The notes below the pieces were generated by a model. The model was not told the origin of the DNA and did no database searches. It saw nothing but the letters and a program-made list of their open reading frames with translations. The translations under genes and the position numbers were made by a program. Shown here piece after piece: positions 30,763 to 32,185 of a stretch of DNA of 32,185 nucleotides (positions are counted from its first letter, which is position 1; each line of letters begins with the position of its first letter). This DNA comes from Methylophilaceae bacterium UBA7525 (GTDB lineage: Bacteria > Pseudomonadota > Gammaproteobacteria > Burkholderiales > Methylophilaceae): positions 18,236-50,420 of the forward strand of contig DLMX01000052.1 in the NCBI GenBank assembly GCA_002479405.1, written 5' to 3'.

Positions 30763-30930
30763 TCATTTCATTTTTGATTTTGTTTGTTTCGGCCACTCAG
30801 GTACCGCTCAATTACGTTTCGGCCTCACGTTATTTACCGTTCGTAATATCCTCATAGCTAAAGATTAAATAAAATCTTTAACTTCAATTTGTTTGTGCTT
30901 TCGCAGTAGTTAGCCATGAAATGCATGGTA

Positions 30931-30947
30931 TTGGCCTGAATTTTGCT
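30931..30947 (+). promoter_or_regulatory. Sigma-54 (-24/-12) promoter candidate
   Basis: tTGGC-ctgaatt-TTGCt, exact GG-N10-GC geometry, 76 nt upstream of the T1SS ATG. Confidence 0.65.
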
Positions 30948-31022
30948 GAAGGGGTAACATGGAACATATGCGCCATGCATGAATCAGTTCTTGTTTTGCA
31001 AAAAATTAAAAGACATTAAAGC

Positions 31023-32185
31023 ATGCAGACAACAGACACTATCAAAGAACGAGCCGAGGAGAAACCGGACGATTTGCTTGAATCGTTGCTTTTCCTCTGT
31101 GATTTGTATGAAGTATCGACGACGCGCGATGCATTGCTCTCAGGCCTGCCGCTGCAGGATGGGCGGCTGACCCCCGATTTGCTTGGCCGTGCTGCAGCGC
31201 GCGCACGGCTGACCTGCAAACTTCACAAGCTTCCGTTAAATCAGATCCCTGCCGAGTTCCTGCCTGCCATGTTACTGCTCAAAGGCGAAGGTGTCTGCCT
31301 GCTGTTGGGATGGGACGATGCGCGCAGGCATGCCCGGGTGATTCTTCCCGCGGTCGGTGAGGCGGAAATTACACTGCCTATCGAGGAGCTGGAAAGCCGT
31401 TATGACGGTCATGTGGCGGTAATCAAGCCCAAATACCGCTTTGATCAGCGGGCGCCAGCGGTCGGTGCAGTCAAGCTGCAGCATTGGTTCTGGGGGGTGC
31501 TGTCGGAGAATGGCCGCATCTACCGCGATATCATGCTGGCCGCATTCCTCATCAATATATTTGCGCTGGCGCTGCCGCTCTTTACGATGAATGTCTATGA
31601 CCGCATCGTGCCCAACAAGTCTGTAGAGACCTTGTGGATGATGGGTTTCGGCGTGGCGTTGATCATCATCGGTGATTTCATCCTGCGCACGGTGCGCGGT
31701 TATTTCCTTGATTGGGCCAGCCAGCGCGTCGATATCAAGTTGTCTTCCCGCATCATGGAGCGGGTATTGGGCGTGCGCATGGAGAACCGGCCGACGTCGG
31801 TGGGTTCCTTTGCTTCCAATCTGCGTTCCTTCGAAACTGTTCGGGATTTCATCACTTCTGCCACAATTACGACATTTATTGACATCCCGTTTGCCTTTAT
31901 CTTCATTGCTGTCATGGCGTGGATTGCCTGGCCGATGATCATTCCTGTCGTCTTCGGCGGTATGCTGATGCTGATTTATGCGCTCAGCGTGCAGGCCAAG
32001 ATGCATGAACTTTCTGAAACTATGTATCGCGCAACCGCCATGCGCAATGCGACCTTGATCGAGAGTCTGGTCGGCCTTGATACGGTCAAGGCCATGGGCA
32101 TCGAAGGCTCCATGCAGACCAAATGGGAACGCAGTACCGCTTTCCTGTCCGAGGTCGGCGGCAAGCTGAGGCTGTTGTCCTCCAC
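31023..32185 (+). CDS. Type I secretion system permease/ATPase, LapB/LssB type (3'-truncated by window edge)
   Basis: Own translation from ATG 31023: MQTTDTIKER...ALLSGLPLQDGRLTPDLLGRAAARA (C39-like domain)...HWFWG...INIFALALPLFTMNVYDRIVPN...SVGSFASNLRSFETVRDF; frame stays open to the window end. Confidence 0.92.
   Translation, partial: MQTTDTIKERAEEKPDDLLESLLFLCDLYEVSTTRDALLSGLPLQDGRLTPDLLGRAAARARLTCKLHKLPLNQIPAEFLPAMLLLKGEGVCLLLGWDDARRHARVILPAVGEAEITLPIEELESRYDGHVAVIKPKYRFDQRAPAVGAVKLQHWFWGVLSENGRIYRDIMLAAFLINIFALALPLFTMNVYDRIVPNKSVETLWMMGFGVALIIIGDFILRTVRGYFLDWASQRVDIKLSSRIMERVLGVRMENRPTSVGSFASNLRSFETVRDFITSATITTFIDIPFAFIFIAVMAWIAWPMIIPVVFGGMLMLIYALSVQAKMHELSETMYRATAMRNATLIESLVGLDTVKAMGIEGSMQTKWERSTAFLSEVGGKLRLLSS

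Noticed and set aside
30504-30777. Short ORFs 30504..30698 and 30577..30777
   Set aside because: They overlap the tRNA genes and their promoter.
31016-32185. Minus-strand and off-frame ORFs (31272..32006 and others)
   Set aside because: Shadows of the plus-strand T1SS transporter starting at 31023.

Overview
Core chromosomal region of a betaproteobacterium (roughly 55-60% GC by eye; probably Methylophilaceae/Nitrosomonadales, which is an inference from gene content and protein style). Left arm: partial nitroreductase and a WCEPC thioredoxin (+), converging on a long minus-strand run purB-tamA-tamB / NYN(LOTUS)-wrbA-hugZ-like-DUF2069 / surE-pcm-nlpD plus two small membrane proteins, with no rpoS after nlpD. 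Centre: a secreted EF-hand protein and a central-carbon cluster acnB-ppsR-ppsA-acs-class I fumarase. Right arm: TIGR00645 protein, rlmJ, sodC (-), then a second secreted EF-hand protein, CDF metal exporter, family-5 UDG, tautomerase, uvrC, pgsA, tRNA-Gly(GCC), tRNA-Cys(GCA) and the start of a LapB-type type I secretion ABC transporter (absent from the ORF track) behind a sigma-54-type promoter. No CRISPR array, integrase, transposase or phage gene is visible. I cannot show a clearly new system here. The best leads are (i) an NYN-LOTUS RNase translationally coupled to a redox module and preceded by a long hairpin, (ii) the sodC / short-linker EF-hand / CDF metal cluster with a TGACA-N5-TGTCA box, and (iii) the sigma-54-driven T1SS locus placed where tRNA-Leu usually follows tRNA-Gly-Cys.
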